Source of the DNA: Rhodosorus marinus CCMP1338
Taxonomy: Eukaryota > Plantae > Rhodophyta
Assembly: GCA_029953675.1 (NCBI GenBank)
Contig: JAMWBK010000001.1
Location: forward strand, 434,001 to 498,000
Direction of reading: 5' to 3'
Length of the DNA stretch: 64,000 nucleotides
Part shown: piece by piece, positions 1 through 12,067 of the stretch
Numbering within the stretch: position 1 is the stretch's first letter
Layout of the letters: every line of letters starts with the position of its first letter
Position numbers and translations under genes: made by a program
Notes under the pieces: generated by a model
Database searches by the model: none
Told to the model about the DNA's origin: nothing
Seen by the model: the letters and a program-made list of their open reading frames with translations, nothing else

Positions 1-548
1 CCTAGTGGGAAGGGGATGAAGAGGATAAAGGGCAGAGGACAGGAAGTGTCTGGAGAGGACGGAGGTGATGTCGTGAGGATATTGAGGAAGAAGGGGGTTT
101 ATTTGCAGGCAGTTAGTATTTGAGAAGGGGATTTTTTTTTGGAGGGGGGGGGGAGATTTGTTGAAGCGGCGGTCGGGGAGGTGTTTTTTGGGGGGGTGCG
201 GGTTAGGAGTTGGGTTGCTAAGGTTTGGAAGAGTGTGGAACATTGACTAGCTGTGTTCAGAAAAGTGGCTTTGAGCGGGATTGGGAATGAGGTTTTGAGT
301 TGAGAGACCCCGCTTTGGATCGTCAGAGGACGGTTGGGTGAGATTGGAATTGTTGGGTTCCTTCCTGTTCGGTTTTAGGGTTTTTGGGCTGCGCAGTAGG
401 GAAACCGTTGTGCGCGTGAACGCGTTTGTTGTCGGGTGGGTTTCAAATTTTCGGTGTCAACCTGCTGGGTGCTAGTACGTGACCTATGAAATGGTACGGC
501 CCTCCTAAGCGTGAGTCGGGTTAGATTTGTCGCTGTTGCTGGAAGATA

Positions 549-2060
549 ATGTCGGGAGCACTTTTGTTGCTTTCGGGCATTTATAAAACCACCATATGCC
601 AGCAGTTGTTTAGCCTGGGTAAAATGCCCGTTGGGCGTACCCCAGTCTTGAGTGCAAACCGGTTTACTGCGCGGTTCTTGGGTATTGGACCCGGAGATCC
701 AGAAAACGGGACCTTTCGTCTTGGGGAACGGGACAAGGAAATCAGAGATTCGAGGCCAGCCCGGAACAAGTGGGAGGCGAAGAATGGACGAGCCGTTAGC
801 TACTGGGCAAGGGAGGCGGATAAGATGTACAAGGAGTTTCGGTTCATCGTGCAAGAGTCCAACGAAGTTCCCCAAACGTCGAATAAGTTATTTTCTTTGT
901 TCAAAAGCCTGGGACTGGCTGGGGACGTTGAGAGACTAGATGAGGTACTCCGAATGTACCGACACGCTGGGCGCATTCCGGATCGTGTGCATTTCTGGAA
1001 GATGAACGCTTTATCCGTCAGGCGAAGGCACAATGAGCTCCTTCCGACTTACGAACAAATGCTACAAGACAACATGGCTCCCGGGAACCACGTCTTCAAT
1101 CTGCTCGTGTCCTCGCTTGCAAGGTCTGGTAGACTTGCGGAAGTAGCATTTGTCGTCCAGGAGATGGTGAAGCACGGGTTCGTTCCGTCTGCGGAGATGT
1201 ACAATACTTTGATCGATTCCTATGCACGGGCTCGGAACAGAGAAGGAGCTATGTGGTGGTTCGAGAGAATGCTTGAAGCACAGATTCAGCCGAACGTTAC
1301 AACGTACTCTACGATGGCGAGGATGCATGCGAGCTTTGGACGAATGGAGGACGTACTGTTGACCTTGGAGGACATGAGAGCAGCTGGCGTCCAACCGAAC
1401 GTGGTCACCTATGGAGGTCTGATGAATGAGTTTGTGGTGCACGGAAACAGAGATATTGTCCTTGAAATTTTTGAAATGATGCTCGCCGATAATATTCGTC
1501 CCAACTTTATCGTGCTGAATACGCTCCTGAAGTCCAGCGTTTATAGCAAGACTGAAGCGTTCAAAACGTACGAATTGTTCAAGAAGTATTCAGTAAGACC
1601 GAGCATCGTAACTCTCTCCTCACTCCTGAAAGCAACAGTTAGGACCGCGGATGTAGAGCTTGCGGAGCGCGTGGTAGCGGAAGTCGCTGCTCATGGATTG
1701 AAGATGGATCATATAATATATACGACCTTGATGAGCGTATATGCCAAGGCAGACCTGGTGGAAAAGACAGAAGAAACATTTCTAAGGTTTCGATGCTCAA
1801 TCAAGGAAATCGATGCACTCGCCTTTGAACCCATTGTTGATGTTCACAGCCGAATAGGGAACTCAGATAGAGCCATCGAGCTATTAGTAGAGGCCCGGCA
1901 AATTGCAAGAGCTAGCCGGCTTCTTGGTCTGATAATGAGGAATTTCCTCAACAGAGGAGATACGAACGCGATCTCCAAGCTGCTACGGATTGGCGGGAAG
2001 CCCGCAAAGGAGACGCTCGCGCTTGCCGGTCTTCAGGAAGGGATGGACTCTCCACTGTGA
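549..2060 (+). CDS. Pentatricopeptide repeat (PPR) protein, single exon, 503 aa, likely organelle-targeted
   Basis: Tandem ~35-aa PPR motifs, e.g. VFNLLVSSLARSGRLAEVAFVVQEMVKHGFVPS / EMYNTLIDSYARARNREGAMWWFERMLEAQIQPN / VTTYSTMARMHASFGRMEDVLLTLEDMRAAGVQPN; Arg/Ser-rich N-terminus. Confidence 0.93.
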   Translation: MSGALLLLSGIYKTTICQQLFSLGKMPVGRTPVLSANRFTARFLGIGPGDPENGTFRLGERDKEIRDSRPARNKWEAKNGRAVSYWAREADKMYKEFRFIVQESNEVPQTSNKLFSLFKSLGLAGDVERLDEVLRMYRHAGRIPDRVHFWKMNALSVRRRHNELLPTYEQMLQDNMAPGNHVFNLLVSSLARSGRLAEVAFVVQEMVKHGFVPSAEMYNTLIDSYARARNREGAMWWFERMLEAQIQPNVTTYSTMARMHASFGRMEDVLLTLEDMRAAGVQPNVVTYGGLMNEFVVHGNRDIVLEIFEMMLADNIRPNFIVLNTLLKSSVYSKTEAFKTYELFKKYSVRPSIVTLSSLLKATVRTADVELAERVVAEVAAHGLKMDHIIYTTLMSVYAKADLVEKTEETFLRFRCSIKEIDALAFEPIVDVHSRIGNSDRAIELLVEARQIARASRLLGLIMRNFLNRGDTNAISKLLRIGGKPAKETLALAGLQEGMDSPL

Positions 2061-2329
2061 GATCGTTTGCGGCAGTCTAACAAATACTTTATTTCTAACT
2101 CAATTTAGTTCGTTTTGAGAACCCGTCGGATAGAATTGTACTAAATGTGTGTAATCGTACTGGAAGCGCGAGAAGCGTGCACAGAGGTAGTCTCTACACT
2201 ATGTAAAAAAACGGAGACCAAAGACTCGTCAACAAGTTATAATTTTATGAAATTGAATGGGATACCGTAGATTTGCAACGGCGATCGAGTAGTTCTTGAG
2301 GGCTACGATAGTCCCTCCGATTCTGCAAC

Positions 2330-4271
2330 TCAAGAATCTACGTCCATTGCTGTCGTGGCTCCCTCTTTTCTCAGAGTTCGTGCTCTGTCGAAATACTCAG
2401 CAGGGTTCGTCACAACGATGGCGCCTTCTGAAGGATCTGTTTGATTTGTAGCCATGAAAGTCCTACCGCATGCCAGTTGATAGTGATTCTCCTTCGCGAG
2501 GGACACAATGGGGGCCACCTAGTAAGGAATGAACGACAAGTTCGTCTCAGCTTCAGTCGGCTGAGCCAATGTTGGTTGATCAATTTCAGGGACACGTGAC
2601 TGGAGGAGTGGAAATCAAACCTCTGCAGCAGGCACCCCAATAGCACTTAGGCTCTGTTTCAATCTCGGTTCGCTGAACTCCTTGTATGGACACCCGTGGT
2701 GCTCGCCAGGTCCCGGAGTGGTATTGATGATTTTCATGCATCCATAGCAGGACAATTCCTTTCGCCTGCCCTCTTTTCCATAGGTATGTCGAATGCTGTA
2801 CGCGTACTGCTTGTCGAATCTGTCACTCGCTACCGACCCTTTCTGGAACTCATCTGCGTGATCAAGATCAAAAAACTCGTATTAATACCGCGCTGAAGGT
2901 CCCTATGTCAAAGTAATCTCTACGTCACTCATCCGTACCTCTCCAGAAGCTAAGCGATTCCTCCATCGTCAGACCGCAACTCTTCAAGAAAAGCCCGAGT
3001 TGCATTCTGCCACCGTGCTTTAGATGATGGCTGTCCTTCAACTTGTTCATCAAATTAGCCATACAAAGCGGCATCCCCGCTGGCACATCACCGCTTCTCA
3101 ACTCCGCCCTCTTCAGGTCGCCTCGTGCGAACCTTGATGTCCTTTTCAAAACGCGCGTGAAGTCGTCAGTCCATCAATCAAACGCACCCAACACATATGA
3201 CTAGCTGGAACACTCACTTGACATGGCCCTCGGAAGCTATCGCATAGAAATGGTTCTGTATCTCGGCAAGCAACGGACCAAAGCTCTGATGTCGAGCCAT
3301 GAACGAGCTGGTTTTTGAAATGTCTGCCAGTGATTTTGAAAGGGAAGATCGAAACTGCGATACGAGGATGTCGATTAAATAGTTTTCAGGTACATACGCA
3401 TATCCAGACCGGACAAGAACCTAAGCAGGTATATTTGGAAGGCAGAGATGCATTGCCAGTGAGAAGCCGCTCTGGGAAATCGGTGCTATCCGGTCCAGCT
3501 CTGTTGTAACGTACCCGGCGAGCAGCAACGTGGTATGGCACGAGATTGAAGGCTACTTTGTAATACACAGTGCCAGCAGAAACCGGGCTTCTTCTGGGCC
3601 CTCGAGCGACTGCGTCAAGGTCTACTTGAAACTTTTGGAATGTTCATTCGAATGTTTGGTAATATTAGCAAGCGCGGAAGATGACGCGCAAAAGGTGTTT
3701 TTCGAGCGTGCACTCACCTCAACCATCTCTGACCTCTGGACAACCTCAATGCTCATGTCCGGGAAGTCCTTGAGCACTGAGAGAACAGCCTCGGAGCCTG
3801 CCTGACCTAGTCTCGAAGCCAAGAGGTTGGCCTCTGTTTTAAGAAAGAAGTCCCGCTGCTCGTTGGTCTTTGCTAGGGAGACTCTTAAGAGAAAATGTGT
3901 GCTCTCATCCTTGAAGATTTGATCCAGTCTCCCGTCGCCCTAAGAACAACATGTGGAGTGTGCGCTTTGCTAAGTTTTCATTTTAGGAAGATCCTGGGGT
4001 TACGTAACCTTCACACAACTCAAACCTTTGATGGGACGCCCAGACTATGCTTCAGCTCCGCGGCTCTAGCGGCCTCCAAGACCTCCTCAGTCCTGGCATC
4101 CTTCCCTAGTTTCTCTTCAATCTCCTTCAACGCAGTCAAGCGATCGAGGCAGGCTGTCAACAACTCCTCCCGATCCTGATCAACGCCAGGGAAGTTAAAT
4201 TGCCTGTACACAGATGCATACCCCCTGGAGCTCAACCCAACATCCACATTCCTACTCCTCAGCACTTCCAT
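2330..4271 (-). CDS. PRIM2: DNA primase large subunit (PriL/p58), multi-exon
   Basis: Exon translations MPLCMANLMNKLKDSHHLKHGGRMQLGLFLKSCGLTMEESLSFWR (Fe-S domain signature HHLxHGGRMQxGLFLK), YYKVAFNLVPYHVAARRV and HYQLACGRTF; ATG at 4271 (MEVLRSRN), TGA at 2330; internal exon limits approximate. Confidence 0.93.
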
Positions 4272-5306
4272 GCTTTCCCAAAACACGTCTCTCCCGCTTC
4301 CCTCCCACACTCACCCCTCAACTCAGATAAAAAAAACTTGAAGAAAGAAAAACCACCAAAGAAAAAATTCTACATGTTCATCATCTTATCCTAACAAAAA
4401 AAAAAACAATTTTCCCCAAAGAAGAAACTCAATCATTCTCAAAGCCCAAACCTCTTTCAACCATCGACTCTACCTCCTCTCTACCTCTCCACCTCATTCA
4501 CCGTAAGAAAACGTTTCCGCACCTCAGTGAAAAAGAACCAAGTAGCTTCCTTAATCTTGACACAAACCCCTTATCCACCTCCCTCCCGCTATCTATCTAG
4601 TCTTCTCCACCTTTCTTCCACAATATTCCCGCTTCCTTCCACAGCACGTCCCATCAGAATCTAGAGTGCCAGTGTCCCTCCCAATCGTCCTCCTTGTAAG
4701 CAATCCATCTTCCCTCTCTGTGGTGGGCCAAAGTCACCCCACTATTGGGTGACTAATTCACTGTTTCCATTGTTCCCAACGAATCCATTTCCACAATGCC
4801 ATTGCATCCGCAAAAAAGCATTTTCACAATTTTTTCTTCCAGAAAACAAACGAGAGAACCAAAATATATTGTTTTGATGAAGAAAATTTTGCGCATATCT
4901 CTCCTCTTTTTGGCGGGAATATGTGTATTCTGAGCATATAATTGGTAAATATCATTCTCAAAAGCAGAGTTGATTCGATGATTGGAATTGAAAATTTATT
5001 ATGATTTGAGTTTTTTGTTTTTTGGGTTGAATGGGATTCGTTGTTTTGAATATGTTTTGTAATTGTTTTGGACGGTTTTCTGGTCGGTGGGAGAAGAAAT
5101 GATGAGTTTCTTTTCTTTATTTGGTTTATCGAGCAGGGTTTCTTCTTTTTTGGTCTGTTAGTACGTTGGGGAAGAAAATGCAACCGTGGGAGGATTGGCC
5201 ACTAGCAAAGTCTTCGAGTTATGGGGCAATGTGAAAATGAGAGCCTAATGTTTCAGGTCTGGTCAGACCATGGTGATGTCTGCGCATCCGTGAGAGAATG
5301 AGGTTC

Positions 5307-7539
5307 CTATATGATTAGTTTCTCCAACGCGGCTTCCGCAAAGTTGACTACATCAATATCATTCTCCTCGTTGCTGGTCATCTTCTCGAGCACAGGTACT
5401 ATGTCCGACTTCCTCCGTTCCTCCCCGATGTATTGGACGAGTGAGCTCAGCGTCCTTGCCGCGCAGAATCGCACGTTTGGGATCGGATCATTGCAAGCAA
5501 AATCGGAAACGAGAGGAAGAAACTCGCCCTCCACAATATCCCGACTCAAAACCTCGGAAAGGCTACCAATGGCATTCAACGACGTCATTCGATATAGGTA
5601 GTTCGAGCTGTTCTTGAACAGGTCGATTATCTGACTCAAACGAAAATTCAACATGAAGATGTTAGCCACCAGTGCAGCGGTGCAGCCCTTTGCGGAATAT
5701 CCTACCTCTGGTACCACAGTGCTCTGAGCCCAGTCTTCACCGTACAAATCGGTCAAGCTTCTCAAGTTAATAATTGAAGCCTCTCGAACTGACCAGACGC
5801 AGTCACCAAGCCAGGTTAGACAGAGCGCCGTAAGATGCATCTCATCGTCGAATACCTGTCTCCCGAGCTGCCTCGCCAATAGTGGAATATGTTCGATGAC
5901 TGCCAGTCGAATCCTCCAATTCCGATTCTCGGCAAGACCAACAATAGCAGGTAGCAAAACGTTTGAAAGGTTCCTGACCGTCATGACAAAAGACAGGGAA
6001 TCCAGCGAGGCGATGACGTTCAGCCGCACTTGAGAATCCTCATCCTTGAGTAGGACCAAAACCATGTCCAGCAGATGCTTGTTCGTATTCTCTTCACCGA
6101 TCTCTGGCGCAAGGCTGACGAGGTTCGAGGCCAAGGCGACGCGTACGAACTTGCAAGTATCGGTAACCAGCTCCTTCAAAATGGGCAAAATATCTCTTCA
6201 CGGCAGGAAAAAACAAATAAATGCTCATTAGTCTCTTCATAACTCTGGCCACTCTCCGATCGGGGTATCAGCTCGTATATGTGCATATGTTCCGTACCGT
6301 ACAACTATCTCAACAACATCACCAACCTCCGCAGTATCCTCGGTCGCGTTAACTAGTCTCTTAGTCAGTTCAGGAGTCCTCTCAGCGGCGATCGTTCGTA
6401 CTTCAGAGTCACAGTCTTTCAGAAAGCTGACGAAAGCAGGCAGAATTTCATCTCGCAGAGTTTTCGAGCTCAATAAATCGCTGATAAGCACTAATTGGTC
6501 AGCCATCATGTAGCGCACCCTCCATGCGGAGTCCTCTACCATCGATTTGATCATTGGCAGGCACATCTCCTCGCGAAGGCTTTCTGGTAGAAGCGCGATC
6601 ACCCGAGGGCTACTAGTGATCGCTGAAAAGCGGACTGAGTCTTGGTCGTCCTCACTCAGCTTGCGCAAAGTTTGAAACATCTAGATCAGAAGCGAAAGCA
6701 CCGTCAGAGCTAGCACAAGCAGCCGAGAACTTGAGCATCTGACTCACTTCATTTTGCACTAGCAAAGGGTCAAAAGCCGCAACTTTCTCAGATAGATCAG
6801 CTATGTGAAGTGCAGCCTCGCGACGAACAGTGGCCTTCTCGTCATCCGCAAGCTTTCTATGTATCGACATCGCACGCAGCAACGCATCTCGATTCTCCTC
6901 AGAAAAGCCTTCACAAGTTGTGGCGACCAGTTCACACGCGGACACTCTGGATGTGAACCAATCCGAGTCGGCTAAGCGAGTCACCATCGGCAACAGCTCT
7001 GAAACAGCAACTTCTGCTTTTCTCTCCGGGAGCAATTCTGACGATGACTTGGCGAGCTAAACCAAACAAAAAGACAGAGAGAGAGAGAGAGAGAGAGAAT
7101 CCTACTGCATGAGCAAAAAACGACAGACGGGTTTTCTCGATGGAAACATCTGAGGATTTGTTTTAGTGATCTCGTGAATGCGCTTCCCAACCTTTCGTAT
7201 CGAGATTACACCTTCCTCTCTTACAGCTCTTTCCTCACTTGCAGCAAGAACTTCCAACAGTGGGAGCAATGAAGTCACGTGCTTCGCGCCCCCAACTACG
7301 TCCAGCATGTCTCCTAGCACTTGAGCAAGTGCTTTAAGGACTTCGTCATCATCCTCGATAGTTTCCGCCAAAAAAGGAAGCAGTTCTTCCCTTGTCCTCT
7401 CCGGACCGAGCGCGGCGCCAATCTTCGAAAGTCCCTGGGTCGCAGTCACTCGTATAGAGAGCTCTGGCCCTTTAAGGCCATCAATTAAGCTCGCCGCCGC
7501 TTGCGTCTCATCGTGGTTCTCCGCGTCCCCGCTGGTCAT
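5307..7539 (-). CDS. PPP2R1A: Protein phosphatase 2A scaffold subunit A (HEAT repeats), multi-exon
   Basis: SLIDGLKGPELSIRVTATQGLSKIGAALGPERTREELLPFL, DWFTSRVSAC, EDSAWRVRYMMADQ, NRNWRIRLAVIEHIPLLARQLG, DPIPNVRFCAARTL and DIDVVNFAEAAL match the PP2A-A HEAT array from N- to C-terminus. Confidence 0.95.
7076..7098. repeat. (AG)n microsatellite in the first PP2A-A intron region
   Basis: Uninterrupted AG dinucleotide run of about 23 bp seen directly. Confidence 0.9.
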
Positions 7540-8879
7540 CTGTGAAATACACTCTTACAATATTCACAATATCTACGTACTCTAAAACAGACGAGCCCTT
7601 CACCCACACGAAACTACCCTAATTCCACAACTCTCAGCCGCTCAGTCCCTGAGCGCGAGCACCATGACGGGCAGATCACCCTCAACCACCAGAACACCAA
7701 ATACCAACCCAAAGAAGTAGAAATCACCGAAGCTCCATCGCCACACTTCCAAGATTTGCACTTCACGACTAGGCACACGCCATCACGGCGGCCCAAACGG
7801 CTAGACAAACCAAGTCCAAAAGCAACATGTCTTCAACGAAACGAGGACGTAGGAGAACCCCTGGCCCAAACTAAAAAAAACAACCAAGTACTACAAACCT
7901 CTAAAACCACACAAGCGACCCCAGAAAATTCCCCATCCAAAAACCACCTTAACCCGATTCTTCACTCTAAATCGTCCTTCTCCTCTCTCCTCCCCCCCAA
8001 ACCCTCTCACTCAAGGATCCCAACACCCCCAACCCACCACCCACCTCACCCTCTCCAAAAACCCCTCAAAACCCCTCAAAACCCGACATTCGTCTACGCC
8101 ACGACAAAAAGGACATACCTAATTCCCCAAAAAAATTCCGGGTGATCCAAAACCCCTCCCACTGTATCTCAATATCATTGAATATTCTAACAAGTTTCAT
8201 ATCCTCCAGTACTGAAATTAAATAAATAAAAAAGGTTGTCTTTTTAGATTGTATGGTTGAAATAAATAAGTTGGTTTGTGCAAAAGGGTGAAATTTGGTT
8301 GTTTGAGAGTTTTTGATTGACCTCGGAAGTGTATCATTTTTGGGGGGTAGGGGGAGGGAGAGGGGGGGGGAGTTTGTCTTAGGTGTGAGGACCCGGGTTT
8401 TAAAGGTAGAGTGTAGGTATGGTGTTGCAATGTGGGTGTTTTAATAGGAAGCCATACGCGGTGATGTTGTAGTGGTAGAGAGCGGGGAGGAGATGGTTTC
8501 TTGTACCCTTTGTTTCCACCAGTTTGCAAAGCCCGCCCCGTCCCCAAAGACGAGAATGGATTGGGAGTGTGAGAGCTTCGCTCGGTGTCGTGTGCTTGAA
8601 GGGAAAATCCTAGTTTTTCCTTCAGTCGCACGGACCAAAAAAAAAAGGAGAAAAAGTAATTGTTTGAATTGTTTAAGTTTTATCCACTCAGATTTAAGCA
8701 AACTGGATTTAGGTCCTGGCCACCGGTTCGTTCCTTAATAAACATCTTAGACTTCATTCTATCGAATAATTGTAGAATATGTAAATTAAAGTGACTATTT
8801 TAGTACATTAATGTATTGGATTTATTGTTTTAAGCGCGTATATTTTAATATGAGTATTCTGATCATATATTTTAGAACC

Positions 8880-9410
8880 TGCAAAAGAATTTTGGAAGGA
8901 TGTTCGCGTGGGTTATGTTGAGGTGCTTGGTGAGGATGACAGACGCTCAGGATTTCAGAACATGTCTCCGCTCTAGATTTTTTAATGGTGCACGCACCAA
9001 GCTCAGTTCTAAGGTGCTCAGCATATGCGCTGACAATACGACTGAGATAGATTCACAACATAACGCATTGAACCAAGTATTGGTGCTCCCAGCAATGACC
9101 GTGAATGCCAAGGTCAGCGCATACTCTTCCTCCGTCTCATTGCCTCAGCGCGGGATCTGTCTTTACGTGCTTGCTCATGGGAGGGACCTGCAGCTCCAAA
9201 TGCTAGCACAGTCGGGCTTTTGCGTATTGTTTTGTTTGAAAGTAGATGTCACCTTCGAGTTTTCAACCCTCACCAGCCCAAATGGATGGTTGACTGGTAG
9301 TTCTATGGAGGCAAAGGGATTGGGCCATAAGCTGACTATGGTATTGATTGAAGCAGTCCGAAGCGCAGTCACCACATCGACGTTTTCCTGTTCATACATC
9401 ACCCACTAGT
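8880..9410 (-). mobile_element. Possible decayed DDE (Mutator-like, CxxH-type) transposase remnant
   Basis: Minus-strand frame reads KHVKTDPALRQ*DGGRVCADLGIHGHCWEHQYLVQC: a D followed by H at +18, C at +21 and H at +24, like the MULE/IS256 D...HxxCxxH pattern. In-frame stops; no TIRs or other catalytic residues found. Confidence 0.25.
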
Positions 9411-9781
9411 CCATCAGTCTCTCCAACTTTCAGTCCCACGCCCGCCCGTAAAATCCATTTCACAGATCGCATGGTACAGCCACTTGAGGCAAACTCAGTG
9501 AGAAGAAAACAAATTTCATAGCCACGTGTGATTAAACGTACAAAACGGCTGGGTCTTAAAGCCAAGGAGTCGACGGAAGGCTACGGAAGTAGCTGAGCCT
9601 GATCAATGCCCGTTCCAACTTTGTCCCAGACCGAACTACATCGGTCGGGAACCAGATCAGGGGGGTTACAGGAAACAATAAGGATCAAAAAGGATAACTC
9701 AATCAATGCTCGGTCGAATTATTAGAGATTTTCAAATATAACTTTAATTCAATCATTATTACTGGAATCCGTTAACTCGGT

Positions 9782-9841
9782 GGTGAAAAAACCGCCAGGC
9801 TACTAACGTTCGGTGAAAAAACCGCCAGGCTACTAACGTTC
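9782..9841. repeat. Perfect 30-bp tandem duplication upstream of V-ATPase H
   Basis: ggtgaaaaaaccgccaggctactaacgttc at 9782-9811 and 9812-9841, identical copies. Confidence 0.95.
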
Positions 9842-9974
9842 AAGAAGATGAAAGAAGAGTGTTAGCACATTGGTGTGTCGGCAGCGAGGAAGCTTCTTTG
9901 GCTACGAGCAATGATCGGGAGGTGATTTTTGTTTCCTGATTAGTTTCTAAGTTTACTTGAGGGACGGAGATACG

Positions 9975-12067
9975 ATGGTTTCCGCTGGATCCCTGGCGCC
10001 ATGGACGGTGAGCCTCGAATTGATCACTCCTCGGCGGGATTTTTCGTTGGCTTTTTTGTCAACCGTTTCTGGGACGGCTGCGGTACTCGGCTTTTTTGGG
10101 GGGCAGCTTCGTAGGAGTTTTTGACTGACTGCTACCTTTCTCTATCTTTATGGGGCACGAGTGCAGGTGATCTCTCAGGGATCGCCAATGGATTACAACC
10201 AAGCTGATATTCTCGATTCATTTGAGTGGTCCATGCGACATGATGGGGACGTGTCTTCAAAGCTGGCTTCCGGAAAGGTTAAAGAGCTCACGGTATGGTG
10301 AATCACCACATTAGCGATGAGGTTTCTGCTGCCCCTACTCTCGCTAACGAATGCCTTGTGGCCTTCGGAATTTGGCTATGTCTAGAGAGCGCTTTTGCTG
10401 GCATTGAAGGAATTGGACAATATTGATAGTGTTAAGAGAGCCTGCGCTATGCTGCTGAAGATACTCACTTTCGAGAGATCCATGCCGGATGAAGTAGTGG
10501 CATGCTTATCAGAACCTGGATTTGAACCTCTCGTTCGTCACTTTGAGAAATCCTCAAATGTGCAAGTGTCGTGCTCCATCGCCAATGCTATGGGAATGAT
10601 GCTGTGCTCTCCAAAAGTTGCGGACTTGAACTCGGTGCTCGTGGAAGCACAAACGGAGAAGTTTCTGTCTTGGTTGTCCTCCGTTGTCGAATCGAAAGGA
10701 ACGCCGCCCACCGAGCTCGTTTCAGCCCTTGTAGCGCTCGGTAAGCAAAAGCAATCACGAACATTCTTTGAATGTAACTCACAGAGCATAAGCTGATGTT
10801 CTGCATTACCCTGTGCAGGAAACTACCTTCGCAGCAATGCGAACCGTGACGCTTTTGTGAAGAGCAAGAGTTCAATTCTACCGATCGCGAGGCTTTTGGA
10901 GAAGGACTACTACGCTCAGGTAATGCCGTCACTGGCCCTATGTGTCGGGACTGGAGGTACTAGTGCTCGAATGCTTAGTCTGCCTGGGCGTAAATATTTA
11001 CACCGTGCTTAGGTACAAGTTGAATACCACACAGTCTTCGTATTTTGGCTTTTATCCTTCGCGGGATCCAAAGAACAGAACGCAGCTGTGGAGGAGGCGA
11101 TGAACGCTGCAGAGGTTCCGAGAAGGATGACTAATGTATTGAGGGAGGTTACAGCGGAAAAGGTGAGAGCACAGAGCGACCCAAGGCATGTGATTGTTAT
11201 CATCGCACTCTTGCTTACTTCCTTTCATGCTCCTTTTGATAAGGTTGTCCGCGTAACTCTCGCAGTATTGAGAAATTTGGCCAAGGATCAATTTGGTGAT
11301 GTGCTTCGTAGAGAAATGATTGGAGCAGGTCTTGTGGGAGCCCTCGAGCAGCTGTGCCTCCGTAGATGGAACGACCAGGACATCCGAGATGACCTCTCAG
11401 AGCTGGTAGAGCTATTGCAGACTGAGCTGCAAGTGATGAGTACATTCGACGTGTATCGGGGAGAGGTAGGAACGCTTGTTTTGAACTGAATCGGTTGCGG
11501 GAAGCTCCTACTTCCTTCTGTTCTCATATTGCCCGGTCCGTTTGCTCTCCCAGGTCCTTAGCGGAGCGCTTTCCTGGACACCAGCTCACAAAGATGAGGT
11601 CTTTTGGAGGGAAAACAATGAAAAACTTGAGCGAAATAACCTTGAGGTGCTACGATGCCTTGCCCGATCACTTCACGAAAGCCAGGATCCTGTCGTTCTT
11701 TCTGTAGCATGCCATGACTTGGGCATGTTTATTAAGCATCATGAGAGGGGACGCCAGTAAGTTTTACGTTAATTCCAGCTCTTCGCTTGCTTTGACCGTG
11801 TTGTTGACCTTGAGAATCTTCTCCACGTGCCAGTATAACGCAAACGCTTGGAGTTAAGCCTCGTCTCATGGAGTTGATGACTGCTGAAGATGCGGTAAGA
11901 AAGTGCTGAACCTGCCCGGAAAAAAACAGGGGCGGTTGTTCCTAGAAACAGTTCTGATCTGTTATCACTTGAGGTGTCGTTTTTAGGAAGTGAGGCGACA
12001 AGCCCTGACCTGTGTTCAAATTCTGATGATATCTCATCACGACCTAATGGTTAGTGGACAGAAGTAG
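9975..12067 (+). CDS. ATP6V1H: V-type proton ATPase subunit H, multi-exon
   Basis: C-terminal LSWTPAHKDEVFWRENNEKLERNNLEVLRCLARSLHESQDPVVLSVACHDLGMFIKHHERGR and EVRRQALTCVQILM; KVVRVTLAVLRNL and DIRDDLSEL; first exon MVSAGSLAPWT at 9975 spliced (GT..AG) to VISQGSPMDY. Confidence 0.94.

Noticed and set aside
4824-5183. 119-aa ORF and similar ORFs at 7756-8145, 8218-8631, 13572-14113, 23992-25099 and 60298-60662
   Set aside because: They lie in compositionally skewed promoter/intergenic tracts (poly-K/P/F/G products) with no homology signal.
9782-9841. CRISPR-like 30-bp direct repeats
   Set aside because: Only two copies, directly adjacent with no spacer, no cas genes, eukaryotic context.
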